From Setoptus koraiensis (taxonomy: Eukaryota; Animalia; Arthropoda), in assembly GCA_048013815.1 (NCBI GenBank), contig CM106585.1, positions 14,322,001 through 14,386,000 of the forward strand: 64,000 nt of DNA, given 5' to 3'. The notes below the pieces were generated by a model that worked only from the letters and a program-made list of their open reading frames with translations, did not search any database and had not been told where the DNA came from. Positions 10,000 through 23,554 of this stretch are shown in pieces. Made by a program: the position numbers and the translations under genes. Position 1 is the stretch's first letter; each line of letters opens with the position of its first letter.

Positions 10000-11106
10000 T
10001 GGCTGTTTAGTTAGCGTCGGCTATCGAATATTCTCAACCGATCGAATAATTATTAGAATAAATATTCAAGATCACAAGACAACACAGTCTAGTAGATTGC
10101 TCATCTCAAGAATACGACGACGTATCTACTTAACGAGCATAATATCTGTTGTTGTTATTATTATTATTAATATAATTATTAATAGTTTGAGATTGATATC
10201 AATATTATTACCATTAATAATCCGCAAATATTCGCCGCATTGATATCCAAACTCAATGATCATGTAATCATTAAATAGTCAAATAGCAATACTTAAATTT
10301 CAAGAAACCAACACAAGATAAGCAGAAAGAAAATACAGTTGTCCATAATTCAAATGAAATCCAACCACAATATCATCAATTCACCGGCGTCATCAAACCA
10401 AAATAGGAACCAGCCATATTCGTTTATTATTATTACTATTTTTTCTTTTTTGATATTATAATGTAACCGCTATACTCTTCCATAGAATAATACTCAAATA
10501 GAGAGAAAGAGAAACAAAACATCAGCGAAAATTGTTTACAAAGGGTAGAGAAATACTCATCGTACTGTTACGAATAACACAAAAGCAACTCAGAAACAAT
10601 GAAATTTAATTTACACATGGGCGCCGCAAATGACAACAACTACACCTTGTATTGAACGCCTCATGTATACAGTCAATCTATTGTGATTACTGTCATTATT
10701 ACAATCAATTATTACTTTGATGATAGTGCACGATGATGGTGACATTATTATTATTACTTTTATGATTTTTTTCGCTTCTTCATTCTACGCATACATTCTA
10801 TACACTACATCACAACAATTACTTATACTGATAAGCAACTACTTAATGCCACTCACTACCAAAAGAAAAAGTACTAATTAATGTGACCATATGGTACTTT
10901 CTATAAGTAATCCCTTGAGTCACTTTTTTGGTAGAAGTCAGATTTATATCGTCAACTTTCCCGCTGACGGAGTTCGAGCTCAAAACAAGGAGTATCAGAA
11001 CAAGCAATTTAGTACCCACAACGCAACAACAACATCTGCCCCATTCAATAATGACAAATTGAATTCTATTGCCATCTTAGCCAAATTACTACCCTCCAAA
11101 ACAAAT

Positions 11107-11812
11107 ATGTTCAGACGGATTCGATGGAAGACTCTACGTATAGTACTGCTTACATCAATTGTTTGGGTACTTGCAGGATTTTGTATACTATTCTTTTATG
11201 TTGATTGTATAGGACCCTACGGTTGCGGCAATCAATCAACGTCCTCCTCATTGGCCATACAAAACGGTTCCTCACTCACGGCAGTCTATGGTGCATTCTC
11301 CGGGCAGAGTCAACAACTTGTCAATTCTAATCAACCAACTGGACAATTTGATCAACAAACAGGTGCCAGATCCCTGAATATCAGAGGGCGTCTAGCTAAG
11401 TACGATGATTCACCTGGACAGCAAGCCAACTCCTATTATAACAATATTTCTATTGATAATCAACAATCTACATTCGCAGCTTCCATCCTAAACCATCAAG
11501 TGAATAATTTGGATGATAGCAAACTCTCAGAATCTAGTTATGATGATGATCCTAACAGTAATAATGGGAGCAACAACAAAAAGCTTGACATCAATAACAA
11601 TTTGAGCAACGATATATCTATGCTGGAGTCTGAAACAAAGCAATCTCTATCATCAGGCCACAAAAAAAAATCATCACCAAAACATCTAATCATCGGCCAT
11701 GAATTGGATCACAATGATTCTTCAATAAACAACGCTTATCGATCTCCAACAACTGGCCAACTCAAGCTACCACCTTACCACGACTCACAACTTAAGCTTT
11801 GGACTAAACCAG
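11107..11812 (+). CDS. Pgant5: Pgant5-like copy B, coding exon 1 (TM anchor plus long Asn/Ser-rich stem)
   Basis: [20 protein letters not shown]..., near-identical to 4011-4359 apart from an extra 357 nt; donor CCAG|GTAAGT at 11813. Confidence 0.9.
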
Positions 11813-14800
11813 GTAAGTACTTTATATTTACCTTCTTGAGCATTCTAGTTAATCACTGGAGACTCACTAAGATAGTAGTAGACTAAGCAATTCTCAGAGG
11901 TTTTGATCGGTGAGAGTTGGTATAATCCTACCGACTGTTTTTTTTTTTTTAGTTTCTTGAACTGCGAAATTCTCTCTATCCTCAAATGAGCAATCTGTTG
12001 TCCAACTAAATCGTTCATCGGAGCTTACTCGCTTGTCCAAACCAACCAATGACCAAGCCAAATATATATGTCAGACGACATATATATTTGGCGCTGCAAT
12101 CAGACTTGTTTACTCTAATGCAATTAGTTGCTTCATTGACCTTGTAAGCTGGCCTCAGTATTGACCTACCATTAACTCTTCGTAGATATCTTATATCGAT
12201 GATCGTCGCTTCTTGCTTTGACCATCCAAGCAAATTATCTCATATGAAAGATGGAGAATTATCAGTTCACCTACCATCGAGAGAGACTCTCATTGTTCTT
12301 TTGTCGGAACAGCAAACTCCCTCGCGAAAGAACCATTCTAGATTCAACTTGAGGGCTACAAACAGGCGTTCATGATGGTCAAAAATCATCTTGAAGTCTT
12401 ATAATGAACTCACTTAGCAGTTTGGATTTAGATGGGAAAGCCCTTTAGCATACACCAAACTCCGAATCCAGTCTTACAACAAGCTGATTTGCTATAACTC
12501 ATTTGTTATAGCCAGCGCAACAAATCAACCGGCAATGATTGTGTTAGTTGAAGACTCAAATTGTATAGCTAACCTCATTCTTTGAAATTTAACATGGAAA
12601 GCATAAGCTTGGTTGCATGATCATAGTCATCATCATCGGCTTGCAAATAGTGCTGATGCTGATGATAATGGTGTGCATGGGCACCATTCGACATGTTGAG
12701 AAGCTAATTAAAATAACTCGTCTAAATAACACGGTTTAGTGATGCGCCATCAATAAATTATATCGCCTCGATTGTATTGGCTGTAGCATTCGTTTACCTG
12801 CCAGATCTTGCATATGTGTAGAAGTGCGAAACTATTAGTTAATGTGCTTGTTTAGTAATAGATGCGCTTGTTGCAAGTGGATATAGAAGTGCGATATTCT
12901 GTTCTGCGAAGTGTAAATTATCCATATCGAATGCTAATTCGCCAGTCAAGGTTAGTAAATTTTTAAGAGTCTAGCTATCCTCTCTAACTCGTAACTATCC
13001 GTCATCACCATCCTAAACGAGAACTTTTTGGCTCATGCTAGAACCGTTTGTAGTTTGTGAGTCTCAACGATGGCCTGTTTTTGATTGATTGACTAACAAT
13101 CCCATAAAAGATTGCGAATTCCGATATCGGTGGTATCCAGGCAACACAATGTAGGTCAAACCATTTGCCATTACAATATATTCTACAGTCAATACTGTAT
13201 CTAAACGTGTAGCCCTTAGCAACTTAACTATAACTTTTGAAAGCCCATACACCTGCTGTTTTGATTTCGATTAGCCAGCACACTCCCAAAGATATTATTT
13301 TTAATCTTTTCTGGATTTGTGTTTGATCAGAGAAGTGATGATGGTATGGTTCATCGATCAAAACACATGTTTTAGGATCCAAATGTGTTGAATCTGCAAC
13401 TCTGAGAGGCACAACATTGTTTGTTCAGGGTATACAAATCATATTTGCCACAAGCAATCTAATTAATCAACATTTTTTTATAGAAAGAGAATAGATTTGT
13501 TTGTGTGATACATTTGATAGGCATCTAGTTTATTTGACTAACGTGCTCATTATGTCGTAAGGTTTCCCCATGATTTGCCCGACCATGTAACCTAACATAA
13601 GCGCAACTGAGATCGGTTGTAGTCAGACTAAGTTCAGGTGGTTGACGGACTGTTTATTCTGTGTTGCGTTATTGGAGCGACGTGATTTTAGTCGAAAATA
13701 AAATCACTAGTATTACCATTGCTCGGCCAAAAATGTTTTGTGTGTTTAGCTGAATCTACCCATGTATTTACGTCATACTAGACATAAAAACATTCATATT
13801 TTGACATCTACATTAGATGACCATCATAGGAAATGTGGATTGGACTTATTAGATGACGATATAATAATAATGTGTAGCTGACTAAACACATACATCTCCC
13901 ATCATGTCCATTCAATACGATCAATGTCGTAGTGCGTCTACTGAAGGCATTGCTCAGACGACGATGTGTGATGGATAAAAATAGCCAACCATAGATGGTT
14001 ATTTTATGTCCACAGACAGAGCAGACATTCACCTCGAATGATGACGAACATCTCAATGTGTCATTCTTTGTGTGCCACAAAGCAAATTCAGAGAGTTATG
14101 TAATGTAGCGCTTTCTTTTTATTTCTTCTCTTTTTTCCCTATCTTACGTCACTTAGGGTCTCACAACAGCAGCTTTAATAGTTTCGAATGCTGTGAGTGG
14201 TAGACATTTCCAAGTCTATGAGCGATTGTTGTATGGCTAGGTGTCCCTGCTCGGCTATTTGGCGTTTTCTTTTTTTCCTCTTCTCGCCGTCAATCGTTTC
14301 TATTTTTTCCACTTCCCTTTATTTCTTTATTTCAATTCTTGAATAGTCACTTCTTAAATGGCTCGACAAATGTCCCGGTGTCCTATGTGGCCTGTCCAGC
14401 CGACCCCATCATTAAGTGGTAGTATTTACCTGAAAGTGTGCTTTTACTACCACCTCCTATACTGCAACTACTTCTTAAACTTGTTGAATTTTCTCATACT
14501 TACCTATCGACATCGCTCCGAACCATTGTATAAATGTTAATTGATTATTATTTAATCCATTCTTTTAGCGGAGGTAGAAAGAGACAGAGAGATAGCTACT
14601 ACTGCTACTCTCGAAGGGTCAATGAGTTGTTGATGTGTGTTTATGTGTGCTAACATGTAAGTCTATCCTTAGCGAAAGATTACGATAAAAGATAAGCCAG
14701 TTTCATTAAACTTACAAGCGCAAGTATGATATGTTGTCCTCACAAACAATATGATCATAATTTGTTAGCAGTTTGTTGAAGGATTGAAATCTACTATCAA

Positions 14801-16754
14801 CAAAGTCAATCGACCAAAACAATTGTTTGCACATACACACACTGGTTGTTGGTACTGCAATCGCCGATACAGATTGATCATTACAAGATCAGATTCTCTT
14901 GCAAATTACCTCCCTCTATCGGCTCTATCAATCAGCTCTAAGCATTCTAGACATTCGTGAGTAGTCCGGCAAGTATGGAAATCCGATTTGCGAACTAAAC
15001 TAAATAAAAATATAAAAAAAAAATGCAGCAGCAGCACCCTCGAGTTTAATAAGGACAGCGAACGAATCAGATTCATGCAAAATGATAAATACGATGCTGA
15101 GTGTTTGTTCTAAAAAGAGAAAAATCAAGGCTACTACCACTAACCGTGCCATGCTCTACATAACATCAATTGCGTTATTTAGAGAATGGCGTGAAATGAC
15201 GATACAAATAGAAATCAAGGCGCTATGTTTATATATTTTCTCTTATATTCATGTGTACTTGTACAGGTAGAAGTGTTCTACCATTTTATTGCTCACCTGT
15301 CCGCATATCATGCATGTGTCGATGGGAAGAATAGAATACAATTTATTTCTATGGCGATAAGCTAAGCGCACGCGACTCATGAATCAGACTTGTGAATACA
15401 CACAGGTAGCTGCTGTTAGGTAGTATGCAACAAATATACAGAGAGGTTGGTAGACCATCGCATCTTGTTGAGTTAATGAGAGAGAATGGAAATGGAAATG
15501 GAAATAATTAAGTCAGCTAGCGTCCTCAGCTATACGTGTTGTTTGTGCTAGGCTCTCATAACGAATATGGTTGTTTCGGCCTTTCTATATTATATGGCAT
15601 AGCAGGCTCACCATTGTTACTATGTCTAGACACCATTGAGAATAAGAGAACAAATTAAAATCTATCTCCATCCTGATTACAGTTATTACATCTTTCTCTA
15701 CCTGTTCATGAAACTAAACATACATCAGCATCAGCCACTTATTCAGTTGTCATTTTATGATATGCAATTTTTTCATACCAATTGACCGACATCACAGTTG
15801 AGTGACAGCTAGACTCCTGTTTTTGTTTCATCTATCAAAAACTGCGTTATATCTTGATTCTCTCATTTGCATAAGCAGTCACGTCATTTAGCTTATATGT
15901 CGTTTTTCACTCCTAATATTTCTTTATTTGTCGAATTTGGACATTTTTTAACATCCTATTCGAAAATCAGTTTAGCAAATGCGTCCGGTCACGCCAAGCG
16001 CAATGTGCAAATCTCCAAGCTTCATTCGACCTGAATCATATTACTAATTTTAGAAAGGGCGAAAAGTTACCTGAACCGAAGCATATTAGTGTGCAGTCTG
16101 ATAAAAATTTGCCAACTCAATATCAATTAATACCGCCAATCATCAATCCGCTTAAGGAATAAATGGCCAACTTTTTCTTTTTAATGACATGCTTCTGACT
16201 GATGGTAATCATTAATGGCGTAAGAGGGGACTCACCAGTTTGTGTGTGTGAGTGTGAGTATGTGAGAGTATGTGTTGTCGTTGTTACGTTATCGCGAAAC
16301 TATTGGAAAGCGACTTTATGTTTAATTCATAAAAGTAAAGAATTTATCCGTTAAACATGATGACCATTGTTGGATTAATGGCACTGTCAGAAGCCGTCTA
16401 ACCACCATTACCATGGTGTATGGTCAGACGAGCATAATTACTCTACAAAAAGAGAGACTAATATAATCCCTTTAGTTATTATAATTTATTAGTTAGCCTG
16501 GCCATACTGGTTTATCAACGGTCTATTCATTAATCAAATTCATTCCTGTATTCGAAGAAATGAAACTTGTAAATTCAGCACACACTAATTTTGCTCTATT
16601 GCCTGATGCCTTTTGCAACAAATAGTAAAAGTAGCCTTAGCATCACAGTAGCTATTACTTGGAATTAATCAAATCCTCATTTCTCTCTTTTTTCTTCTTC
16701 CCTTCAATCATTCTACTTTTACTCCATTCATCCGAACAACAACAACAACCAAAG

Positions 16755-16923
16755 TCTTGGGCCAAAATCCAGCCTCCTGGCCGGGAGAAAGAGGCAAGGC
16801 AGTAGTGATAGGGCCAGAGGAGGAAAAGATCAAAAATGAGCTATTCAAATTGAATCAGTTCAATTTATTGGCTAGTGATAGAATTGCCCTGAACCGTTCG
16901 CTATCCGACGTGCGAATGCCACA
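16755..16923 (+). CDS. Pgant5: Pgant5-like copy B, exon 2
   Basis: [18 protein letters not shown]...DVRMP; acceptor CCAAAG 16749-16754, donor GTAAGT 16924; matches 4360-4528. Confidence 0.9.
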
Positions 16924-17782
16924 GTAAGTGTTACAATATGCTATTTACTTTTTGCTCTACACATGGTTCCTTTGAGTGTTGCGCTCGTCAAATTTGAGAG
17001 ATTAGCATGTCAGTTGATAATTGTTCGCGAGACTGGACTCTCATTTAATTATATTCGAATGAAAAAACAGGGAAAGAGCAACTAGTTGCATTAACTACGC
17101 TTGCTTTGGATTAGCGTGTGCATGCACTTGCATTTACTAGCTGGCTTGACGAAAGTGGTCATCCAGCATATGTGAGCCACCAATGTTTGCCTAATGAAGA
17201 GAGTTTCCTTGTGTCAGTGTGTTGAGCATTGATATAACTGAACACAAAGGATGATAGCAATTGTTCTTGTTAATGACATAATCGACAAGGCAAGATTATA
17301 AATGACACAGACACACACAACCAACAACAAAAGATGCTTACCACTAGTGTAGGTTGATACATGGCCATGCTTACAAAGATTGGTCACACAGACGAGAAAG
17401 GGAGGGAAAGAATAATAACCAGTGATTAAATGTAGCCACAAGTGGTTGTTGTTGCGGTGGCGCTTGTGGACGGACAAAGGGGAATAGATTGTTGTTGTTG
17501 TGCAACTAAACTAATCAAGAATAACAGCATGCTACAAACAACAATGGTCAGTCTGAAAATGATGGATGGAGGGTCAGAATGGTCTTAATTCAATCAGGCT
17601 TATGCAACTTATCTGCAACACCCTGCTCTTTGTTCTTTAATAATTGAATCTAGATTATTTCTGTCTGAAATTGCGCAAGTTTTGTTTTGACGATGGTGGC
17701 AGTCATGATGAGTTTACGCAACTAAAATTTAGCATGATGATCTAAACATCTTCTTATCATTATTCTCTCATCGTGACAACAG

Positions 17783-17949
17783 GTGCCGCAATAAACAATT
17801 CCCCGACAAGTTGCCATCAACTTCCATAGTGATAGTGTTCCACAATGAGGCTTGGACAACATTGCTACGAACTGTGCATAGTATTATTAGGACATCGCCT
17901 CCAGAATTGTTGGATGAGATTATTCTAGTGGACGATGCCAGTGATAGAG
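17783..17949 (+). CDS. Pgant5: Pgant5-like copy B, exon 3
   Basis: [24 protein letters not shown]...DDASDR; acceptor ACAG, donor GTAAGC at 17950. Confidence 0.92.
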
Positions 17950-18165
17950 GTAAGCATTTTGCATAAACAACATCCCACAATAACATATCTCACCATGATA
18001 ATATTATTATCATCTCTAAGTGTTGAGCCTGTTATTTATTTATTCGATTGCTAGACAAAAGCCCACGCTAATTGTGTTGTTTACTCTATGTTTATCCATT
18101 GACCCTATGAATGATTTCATTTCTTCTCTATTTCTCAATTTGATTTATGCCACAACATCTCACAG

Positions 18166-18373
18166 AGCATCTTGGTAACAAACTCGATGATTATACGGCC
18201 ACTCTAGACACACCCGTCCATGTGATGCGCACCGGCGTCCGCTCTGGCTTGATACGAGCCAGATTGTTGGGTGCCAAAAAGGCCATTGGTCAAGTGATAA
18301 CTTTTTTGGACGCTCACTGTGAATGCACTGAAGGCTGGCTACTCCCGCTTCTAAGCCGTCTAGTCGAGGATAG
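18166..18373 (+). CDS. Pgant5: Pgant5-like copy B, exon 4 (DXH motif)
   Basis: HLGNKLDDY...[17 protein letters not shown]; acceptor CACAG, donor GTAAGT at 18374. Confidence 0.92.
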
Positions 18374-19542
18374 GTAAGTCATCTCTTGATTTATGTCCAA
18401 TCGCCTGATTGGAGATTCTGTCTCTTTCTTTCTCTCTATCTCTAGTTAGCGATGAGAAGTTTAGCGGGTGTGAGATAAACAAACAAACAAACAAACAAAG
18501 GAGCGTACCGTTAGGCTTTCGCTAGATTGTGTGTGTGGCGTGAGATAAGAAACTCGAAATGATAGGCTAACCATCTGTTGCTTTGATCCAATTACTTGCC
18601 ACAATTGACCAGTTGATTGCTTTCTCTGGGAAGGCTGCTCAATCCTCGTAATCCTAATTGCATGTACACTTTACTTTTAATGATTGTACATACTACTTGT
18701 AGTGTGTACTACTTGTTTGGTACCTATTGACGACCAATCGAGTGACCTCTAGCCATCTAAAGCAACAAAAAATAGATATATATACATCTATCTAACGTCG
18801 TAACTGTTCTTTTGTCTGACAATAGCAACATGAGCTACAAAGTTTACATGTATCGTCAAAAATTGTCTGACTGACATGAGCAGAGATCATTTTGTTTTCT
18901 TTATTGAAAAATGTCAGAGACACTGACCCAAGTGGACGTGTGTGCGTGAAGTATTCGTGTTTCTAGACCAATGACTAGCTTTCCTCTTTGTCTGTTTTAT
19001 CAATTGATCAGACATAGTAGTCTTTGCACACAGACACTGCAAAATATAGTTATTAATTATAATAGCCGATAAGCCAGTAAAATAACCTATTTTTTATATC
19101 TTTTCTCCTATTCTTTGGTCATCTCTAACTGAGTAAACCTTTGATTGGTTGCACATTTGATGGTGATGATGGATGGTTGAGACCAATGAATATGAGACTT
19201 AGAGATGATAAATCATTTGACTCCTGCCAAGCAATAAATGACATGCTGCTTGTAGCATGCGGTGTGGGATGATTGGTTTTGACGAGCTGCAAATTAATTG
19301 TTTTCTTTTTTACAATCCTCACTCACTCTCAAAGGGTGTTGGTGAACACTAATTGTTGCTTGAGGCATTCCTACGCCACCTCAATACCAAGATGATGATA
19401 CTAAACTACACGATGATAATAATCATCAATCTAAGTCGGCATTTACAATGGAACAAATCTTGTTTACATCGGTAGTGATGTGATTAGTTGGCGAAGATAG
19501 ATAGATAGGTAGATAGAAATGAAGAGATAGCTGGCTTTGTAT

Positions 19543-19546
<4 letters not shown>

Positions 19547-19576
<30 letters not shown>

Positions 19577-19590
19577 ATACAAAGCCAGCC

Positions 19591-19656
<66 letters not shown>

Positions 19657-19672
19657 TTATATATAGCAACAC
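19547..19672. repeat. (TA)n microsatellites in GALNT-B intron 4 (homologous tract at ~5525-5595 in copy A)
   Basis: Direct reading. Confidence 0.95.
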
Positions 19673-20297
19673 ATTTACAGGATGGAATAAGTCCTGCATT
19701 TAACAAAGTCAAGTTAGGAAATGCCGATGCTGAGATGCCGATTTGATTGCATCGCTAGTGTGCCATCGAACTATCATGGTCGGCGTCGTCTTAGTTGCTC
19801 TAATCTTTATAGATATGCAAATTACGTTTGCGTTCGCAAATTATCCAATGGAATAATGCAAAGAAAAAAGGAAGATGCCGCAATTCTGTTTTTCCTCTGG
19901 CCTTATCTTGTTAATGCTAACCAAATGAGCAAAATAAGAGTGAATTGAGAATATGTTAGACCCTCCTCAGGTGGCCTGGTCTTACCAACAACTATTGCGC
20001 TACCACTACTACCACAACAACCTGATTGATTGTTACAACTGAAAAGGTTGGAACAGTTCTATCATTCGTTATACACACCAATCTAGAACTCTCCAACTAT
20101 GTGTCTACTACAACATGCCAAGTTAACAGAGAGCGAAAAATGCTTCCTATGGTTGCCTGTTGCTGCCACTGAAACAGATCCATCTCAACAAACTGTAACT
20201 CGTCTTCTTGGTGTGTCTGTCGATTCTAATCTATTATTTAAATTGTTAACTATTATTAATACTCTCCTTAAATCTATTCTCCCTCTTTCTTATGCAG

Positions 20298-20468
20298 AAC
20301 AAGAGTTGTTTGTCCTATAATTGATGTGATAAGCGATGAAACATTCGAATATATACCAGCATCGGATATGACTTGGGGTGGCTTTAACTGGAAGCTCAAC
20401 TTCCGTTGGTATAGAGTGCCACAACGCGAATTGGATCGTCGTAACGGGGATCGATCCCTGCCGGTCAG
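20298..20468 (+). CDS. Pgant5: Pgant5-like copy B, exon 5; the rest of the gene is not in the assembled sequence (gap follows)
   Basis: [18 protein letters not shown]...WYRVPQRE; acceptor TGCAG, donor GTGAGT at 20469; I could not find the downstream RTPTMAGG exon in the window. Confidence 0.9.
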
Positions 20469-21046
20469 GTGAGTAGCTGAAGCATGTTGTTTTCTTGTTG
20501 TTAAAATGGAACCTTGTGTGTCTATGTATGTTACTTACTGGAAGTTGGTTACTACAAATCATCAAAAATGAAATGCAAGTAAGCAAGTTGCTAAGTGAGT
20601 CAAAAAGTTCAAATCATTAGAATTAGTCGCTCATCTGACGATCACGAATTGCTCCGTGACGAGATCGATTCTTATTGTGTGCGTTTGTATACGAATTAAA
20701 ACATGCATTTCACAGACGATGCTATCAATACATATCAGTACTCCTGACTGAAAGGAGGTCCATGTAACCGGAATTTCAACGTGACTATGCAGACAGTATA
20801 TGAAGAAAGAAAGAAAGAAAGAATCAGGTTTTGTCTCGTTTGGTATATTGTTATTGTTACTATTATGCCGGATAGTTGTTATATAGTTGAAACAATACAC
20901 ACATATCAAGAAGCCCATGAATGAGTTGATTATCTCTGAATTAATTCACACACTTGCTTACACATAGACACACAACGGTAGATTGACTTAACGGAAGAAT
21001 GCAAATAGAATTCTCAAGGAAAACCACTAAATTAGCTGTTCGTATA

Positions 21047-21546
21047 NNNNNNNNNNNNNNNNNNNNNNNNNNNNNNNNNNNNNNNNNNNNNNNNNNNNNN
21101 NNNNNNNNNNNNNNNNNNNNNNNNNNNNNNNNNNNNNNNNNNNNNNNNNNNNNNNNNNNNNNNNNNNNNNNNNNNNNNNNNNNNNNNNNNNNNNNNNNNN
21201 NNNNNNNNNNNNNNNNNNNNNNNNNNNNNNNNNNNNNNNNNNNNNNNNNNNNNNNNNNNNNNNNNNNNNNNNNNNNNNNNNNNNNNNNNNNNNNNNNNNN
21301 NNNNNNNNNNNNNNNNNNNNNNNNNNNNNNNNNNNNNNNNNNNNNNNNNNNNNNNNNNNNNNNNNNNNNNNNNNNNNNNNNNNNNNNNNNNNNNNNNNNN
21401 NNNNNNNNNNNNNNNNNNNNNNNNNNNNNNNNNNNNNNNNNNNNNNNNNNNNNNNNNNNNNNNNNNNNNNNNNNNNNNNNNNNNNNNNNNNNNNNNNNNN
21501 NNNNNNNNNNNNNNNNNNNNNNNNNNNNNNNNNNNNNNNNNNNNNN
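21047..21546. other. Assembly gap (500 N, likely a fixed-size placeholder)
   Basis: Run of exactly 500 n. Confidence 0.99.
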
Positions 21547-22579
21547 ACTGGATGATGACTAACACAATTGCGTCATGCAACAACTGCACCGCTCTGCATA
21601 ATATCTGGCGGATAATGTCTGGTTGTAGCGTTGTGGCGTCTAGTCTAGTCTAGTCGCTCGCTTTGTGGTCGCTTTGTATGGTGCAAGCACTATAGTCACT
21701 ATAGCAAATGCTTTCACAAATACCATACAAATACCATGCAAATAGAGCGCTAATACTGCGCTAATACCACGATAATACTAGGCTAATGCTGCATCGATGC
21801 TGGTGTATCTATTTGCGAGACTTTTGCGGACAGAGAGACAGAGAGAGAGAGACTTTTGCGGGCAGAGAGAGTCGGATCACGGTTTTGAGTGATCAGTGGA
21901 AAAGTGAGTGACACACAGCGAGCCCGACAAAATTGCCAGCGCGTCTAGCCAAGTTGTTTATCAGGGTCAAAATAATGGAGCATTATTCTAACATTTATTT
22001 CATTATTATTATTTATAGAGTGTGTATAATAAACGTAACGGTATAGATGTGTGTGTGTGTGTGTGTGTTGCAAGTATCTGATAGCTGTATGTGTCTCTCG
22101 TTTGTAAAGTATCCTCGTTTGACTAGACATGTATACAACACATTGTTGTTGCCGTTGTTGTTGCCGTTGTTGTTGCCGCTGTTGGTGCCGTTGTTGCGGC
22201 GGTTGTTGCTGTTGTTGTGTGGCCCATATACATACATACATAAATTGTTTGCTTGTTTGTTTGCTCGCTCTTGTCGCTGGCGCCGCCGCTCTTATTATAG
22301 CTGCTGTTTATAATAGAATAGAAAACGATATAATGGCGAGCGCGTATACTTAAAACTATTATCTTTATCGATCTTCGTGTGCTGCTCGGTCGTCGTCTCG
22401 ATGGCCCCCTCGCCGTCTTGTTGTGCATGTCTCTGTATGGATATCTTGCGGATATTATATTATATAATATCCAGTGATATTAGTAAGCCGTCGTTGCTAG
22501 TGAGCTTACAGTTGTTGGCAACGGTTGTTGTCTAACGCCCACGTGACGCGCGTGATGTGGATGTGATGTGATATGATGC

Positions 22580-22815
22580 AATGTGTGTGTGTGTGTGTGT
22601 GTGTGTGCACTACGCAGTGAGCCATTGCAGTAGAGGTAATAATGATAGGCATAATAATAGTACTAATAATGATAATAATAATAATGATGATGATAATAAT
22701 AATAATAATAGTAGCAGCAGCAGTTGTAATCATTCATAATAGTTCATCAATGGTTAAACAAAGCGGTTATTCATTGTCCTCCCCTTCGTTACATAATGTG
22801 CGTGCCTATATGCAC

Positions 22816-22848
<33 letters not shown>

Positions 22849-23151
22849 TGTGTGTGTGTGACGTCGAGCGGTCTAACGGTTAGATTGCTAGCTTTGATGC
22901 GGCGGTAATAGTAGCAGAGGTGGTAGTAGTAGTAGTGGTAGTAGTAGTGGTAGTAGTAGTGGTAGTAGTAGTAGTGGTGGTGGTGGTGGTGGTGGTGGTG
23001 GTGGTAGTCGTACAAGTGGTGGTGCTGCTGCTGGTTACAGTTGTTGCAAGAGAGTCGGTGAGTCGGCTAATTTGTTTATATTTATTTTCTACTGTTGCTG
23101 CTGCTCACTAATGATAGTAATCATGTCCAATCACCTAGACGCTTGGCATGG

Positions 23152-23220
<69 letters not shown>
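22580..23220. repeat. Cluster of microsatellites: (GT)n, (ATA/ATG)n, (GTA/GTG)n
   Basis: Direct reading; source of the spurious poly-I, poly-V and CV ORFs. Confidence 0.93.
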
Positions 23221-23554
23221 TGCACGACACGCCAATATGACGACCACAACCTCAGACTTGATCAGATTTTCAATTGGCGCCCAACAAACGACGCCAATAA
23301 ATGCAAAAACAAACAAACAAGCGAGCTGCTCAATGACAAAATTAGTTAATACTGGCTAATATATGATCGCGTTACATCATCGGCCAATGATGCAACGCAC
23401 CGGCCGATATGCGCGTTACATGTTACATAATAATACACAATGTAATGATGCCAGTGGCGGCAGCAGCAGCGGGCCCATATACAGCCGACTATGATATATA
23501 TGCCGCTATATGTGTATGCTCATGTATGTAATGTATGTGATGTGTCGGTGTGTG

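Noticed and set aside
9789-10243. ORFs of HT/CV repeats over the (CA)n tract, including the apparent CV-rich N-terminus of CaMKII-A
   Set aside because: Translation of a microsatellite; the 9923 start is GTG immediately after an in-frame TGA.
11395-11751. Extra GALNT-B segment as a GC-AG or cryptic intron
   Set aside because: It ends in ...CAACA, not AG, and is fully in-frame; treated as a coding indel.
13040-13420. Possible nested decayed ORF in GALNT-B intron 1
   Set aside because: Frames are interrupted and I recognise no family.
20999-21589. 187-aa and 185-aa ORFs
   Set aside because: Artefacts of translating the N gap.
21945-23359. Poly-Q/I/V/H ORFs
   Set aside because: Trinucleotide and dinucleotide repeat translations in several frames at once.
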